Assembly (NCBI GenBank): GCA_963843375.1
Contig: CAWJKT010000007.1
Coordinates: forward strand, 53,683 to 117,682
Direction of reading: 5' to 3'
Source of the DNA: an uncultured Pseudomonadota bacterium
GTDB lineage: Bacteria; Oederibacteriota; Muellerivitia; Muellerivitales; Muellerivitaceae
DNA length: 64,000 bases
In this document: positions 61,138-64,000 of the stretch, piece after piece
Position numbering within the stretch: position 1 is the stretch's first letter
Layout of the letters: each line of letters begins with the position of its first letter
Made by a program: the position numbers and the translations under genes
Notes under the pieces: model-generated
Seen by the model: only the letters and a program-made list of their open reading frames with translations
Told to the model about the DNA's origin: nothing
Databases searched by the model: none

Positions 61138-61910
61138 GGCAGCGCGTCCGCCTCGATGCGCTCGACCAGCTTGGCGAACTCAAGCGCGTCGCGCGAGGGG
61201 ATGACGTTGAATTGTGCATCACGTTGAGCGGATATTGGCGCTGGCGCATGTGGAGCCGCGCAAGCGCGCGCCACGTGCCGCCGAGCCGCGTAGAATGTGC
61301 GTCCTTCCAGCTGATCAAGCGGTTTGGCCTTGGCGAGCGCCTCGCGCACGAAGCGCGCGGCCTTTTTGGGCGAGCGTTCGGACACGTCCATCAGCGAAAG
61401 CCCGCCGAGCGGCAAGGTCACGCCGCGCCCGACCCTGCCCTGCCCGATGTCGATCAGTTCGAGCGAACCGCCGCCGAGATCGCCGACGACGCCGTCCGGC
61501 TCGTGGATCGAGCTCGAGCACGCCGAACGCCGACAATTGCGCCTCGCGCTGCCCGTCGAGCAGGTCGATCGGGCAGCCGATCGCGCGCTGGCGAGTTCCA
61601 GGAACTGCGGGCCATTGGCGGCGTCGCGCACGGCGGCGGTGGCCAGAGCGCTCACGTTCTCGATCTGCATCGTGCGGCAGAGAACCCGAAAGCGCTGCAG
61701 GGCAGCCAAAGCCTTGGCGACGGAATCCTCGGTGAGGAAGCCAGTCGTCGCAACGCCCTTGCCAAGTCCGCATAGCACCTTTTCGTTGAAGGTCGGCGTC
61801 GGCGACCACGTCAGCGCTTCATAAGCGACGAGGCGCACGGAATTCGAGCCGATGTCGACGATCGCCACCGGCTCGCCGGGCAATCGCCCCCTGGCGTCAT
61901 AAACAGACAT
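61138..61910 (-). CDS. ppx: exopolyphosphatase Ppx/GppA, N-terminal part only, frameshifted, high GC
   Basis: VDIGSNSVRL, FNEKVLCGLG, ATAAVRDAANG and GDLGGGSLEL. Truncated at about 61137. Confidence 0.88.
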
Positions 61911-61991
61911 GAACGGCCCTCTGTCGACGAGGCTGCGGTGACGCTGGAACTGGGCCGTCTCTTCGCGGAGTCCGACGGGCCGCTAGCTAAT

Positions 61992-62024
61992 AAAAAAGGG
62001 CCCCGACGATGTCGAGACCCTTTT
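61992..62024 (-). terminator. putative terminator after the DUF6876 gene
   Basis: AAAAAAGGG...CCCTTTT hairpin with inner CGAC/GTCG stem. Confidence 0.5.
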
Positions 62025-62049
62025 CGATTTTCGCGTCGACCCGTCCCCC

Positions 62050-62424
62050 CTAATATTCGTTCGGCAGCATGATGGTGCCGCGCACGCAATAGAGGCTGAT
62101 TTCGTCGAGCGGAAAGTCGGTGAAGTCGATCCGCTTCTTGTAAACCACGTCGTCGGCGCCGTCGTCGCTGAGCGGCGCCGCCCGCCAGCAGGTCAGCAGC
62201 GCCTGCTGGCTCGGCTCGACCTTGAGCTTCCAGGTCTGGAACTCCTCGCCGGCCACCCGCGGGCGGCGTTGGGCGAGGACGATTTCGTCGATCAGCCAAT
62301 CAGCGCCTGCTTCATCCGCCATATATTTCACGCCGTCGGTGTAGACGACGCTGCTAACGGGGCTGCGGCGATAGAGGTTCCCCATCTCGAGGAACTGATC
62401 CAAGTCTTCTCGGGTGATGGTCAT
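62050..62424 (-). CDS. DUF6876-like protein
   Basis: YTDGVKYMADEAGADWLIDEI, FQTWKLKV and IDFTDFPLDEI.LY...TIMLPNEY patterns. Confidence 0.75.
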   Translation of the reverse strand: MTITREDLDQFLEMGNLYRRSPVSSVVYTDGVKYMADEAGADWLIDEIVLAQRRPRVAGEEFQTWKLKVEPSQQALLTCWRAAPLSDDGADDVVYKKRIDFTDFPLDEISLYCVRGTIMLPNEY

Positions 62425-62793
62425 AGCGTTTGTCCGGCTTCAAAGGGAGGGTGAAGGCCGACAGTGGTGCGGGTTCGCGGCTTGTCAGCGGGGGCATGCA
62501 AGCGCGACTACTCTCGGCCTTCGGTGCAAGATTACCGGGCGAGGAATTGGGGTTCGCAGAGTTCGGAAACTACTTAGACGCTAAGGGGATGATTCCGGAG
62601 TGCTGAAAACGCTCGATTATTTGGTCTCCCGCGGCGAAAGCCAGCGCGATTTTGCGCCTGGCTCTCGGCTGTCATTCGTGCGGGCAGGAGGCCGCGAAAT
62701 CGCTCTTGATTTGCGAGCGGCGCGGAAACGATTTCGGCATTCACTCAGCGCGCGGACGTGAAGCGGCCGCGCTCCAAGCGCGGCCACCGCGCG

Positions 62794-63644
62794 TCAGCCG
62801 CGCGGCTTCCTGCGCGCAAGTGAGCGCGGACTGGAATTTTTCAGCCATTTGCCGCGCCCGAAAGGCTGGGATTGGTGAGAAAATATTTGTGCGCGTTGAA
62901 TGGCTCTTCGCCTTCGGCGGGCGCGATGCGCTCGCTCGATCCGTCCGCCAGCACCCGATAGCTCTGCTGATTGTCCAGGAGATTGGCCTCCATGATCTGA
63001 TTGAGCACCTGCTCATGAACGGTCGGATTGAGGACGGGGACCATCGCCTCGACCCGCCGGTCGAGATTGCGCTGCATGAGATCGGCGGAGGAGAGATAGA
63101 CATGCGCCTTGGGATGGGGCAGCCCATGACCGCCGCCGAAGGCGTAGACGCGCGCATGCTCAAGAAAGCGGCCGACGATCGACTTGACGCGAATGTTCTC
63201 GGATAGTCCCGCCACGCCGGGACGCAGGCAGCAGATGCCGCGCACCACCAGTTCGATCTGCACGCCCGCCCGGCTCGCCGCGTAGAAGGCGTCGATGATC
63301 TCTGGATCGACGGAGAGAATTGCATTTTCCCCATATCGCGGCGGGCCTCCCTTCGCCGGCGAACGCGATCTCCTGGGCGATATGCTTCAGCAGCCGTTCT
63401 TGAGCGTCAGCGGCGAAATCGCCATCAGCTCGAGGCCGTCGGGCTCGGCATAGCCGGTGATGAAATTGAAGATGCGCGAAACGTCGCGGCCGATCGCAGG
63501 CGCGGCCGTGAAGAACGAAATGTCGGTATAGATCCTCGCCGTGACCGGGTGATAGTTGCCGGTGCCTACATGGCAATAGGTCGTGAGCTGGTCGCCTTCG
63601 CGGCGCACGACCATCGAAAGTTTCGCATGCGTCTTCAACTCGAT
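62794..63644 (-). CDS. ppk1: polyphosphate kinase 1, C-terminal part only, frameshifted
   Basis: [50 protein letters not shown] and [14 protein letters not shown]. Confidence 0.9.
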
Positions 63645-64000
63645 ACATTGCGCAGGACCGTTCCGGCTATCTCTGGGTGGGAACGGAGAACGGCCTCTAC
63701 CGCTACGACGGGAACCGCTTCCGCAAGTTTGGCGTGGCGGATGGGTTGCACGGGCGCACCATTCAGAGCCTGTTCGTGGGGCTGGACGGAACCCTGTTTG
63801 TGGGAACCACGACCGGACTTTACTTTCAGCGCAGCAACGGGAACCTTGCCGAAATCTATCCGCCGGCGCCTGTCGAACGAATTTTCGCAAAGAATTGGGA
63901 CGGTGTTCACCGCCGTTGCGCCGGACCAGGTGGTGGCCTCGGAACGCAGCGGAGCCTTTCTGCTGCACCGCATCGGGACCGAGGAATGGGCCGCGGATCC
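63644..64000 (+). CDS. fragment of a two-component-regulator beta-propeller (ligand-binding sensor) protein
   Basis: Manual translation [35 protein letters not shown]...[14 protein letters not shown]. No start codon in the window. Confidence 0.75.

Noticed and set aside
61005..61910. 301-aa ORF as a genuine Ppx fusion protein
   Set aside because: It reads across the apparent chimeric junction into an off-frame Thr-stalk sequence.
63387..63968. 193-aa ORF as a Ppk with a novel N-terminus
   Set aside because: Its N-terminal half is the antisense of the propeller fragment beyond the second junction.

Overview
Bacterial genomic window with roughly balanced GC. It looks like an error-prone long-read or MAG contig. 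Positions 1-~61137 are one coherent genome. Housekeeping genes there include nth, serC, ychF, pepA, serA plus a class-V aminotransferase, tig-clpP-clpX with tRNA-Leu(TAG), glpD, trxB and rnj. Other loci are ABC-2 exporter genes, several glycosyltransferases, an ECF sigma/anti-sigma/Spy-like module, DUF1800-DUF1501, and PilZ plus an MCP. The most striking accessory content is four secreted-type modular proteins sharing one architecture: passenger domain(s), a long Thr-X-Thr stalk, and FlgD-Ig-like or T9SS-CTD-like C-terminal domain(s). Signal peptides are visible on the three whose N-terminus is present. The passengers include a GH74/BNR-like propeller and an expansin at the tip of a ~1870-aa protein. 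Two neighbouring members share a near-identical ~790-bp 3' cassette. This protein style resembles what I recall from candidate division FCPU426-type genomes (inference, not verified). Many genes carry single-base frameshifts (DUF1800, clpX, clpP, tig, glpD and others) that are most likely sequencing errors. After ~61137 the sequence switches abruptly, mid-gene, to high-GC alphaproteobacterial-style ppx/DUF6876/ppk1. At ~63644 it switches again to a sensor beta-propeller fragment. Both switches are probably chimeric joins. No CRISPR array, rRNA, integrase or transposase was recognised.
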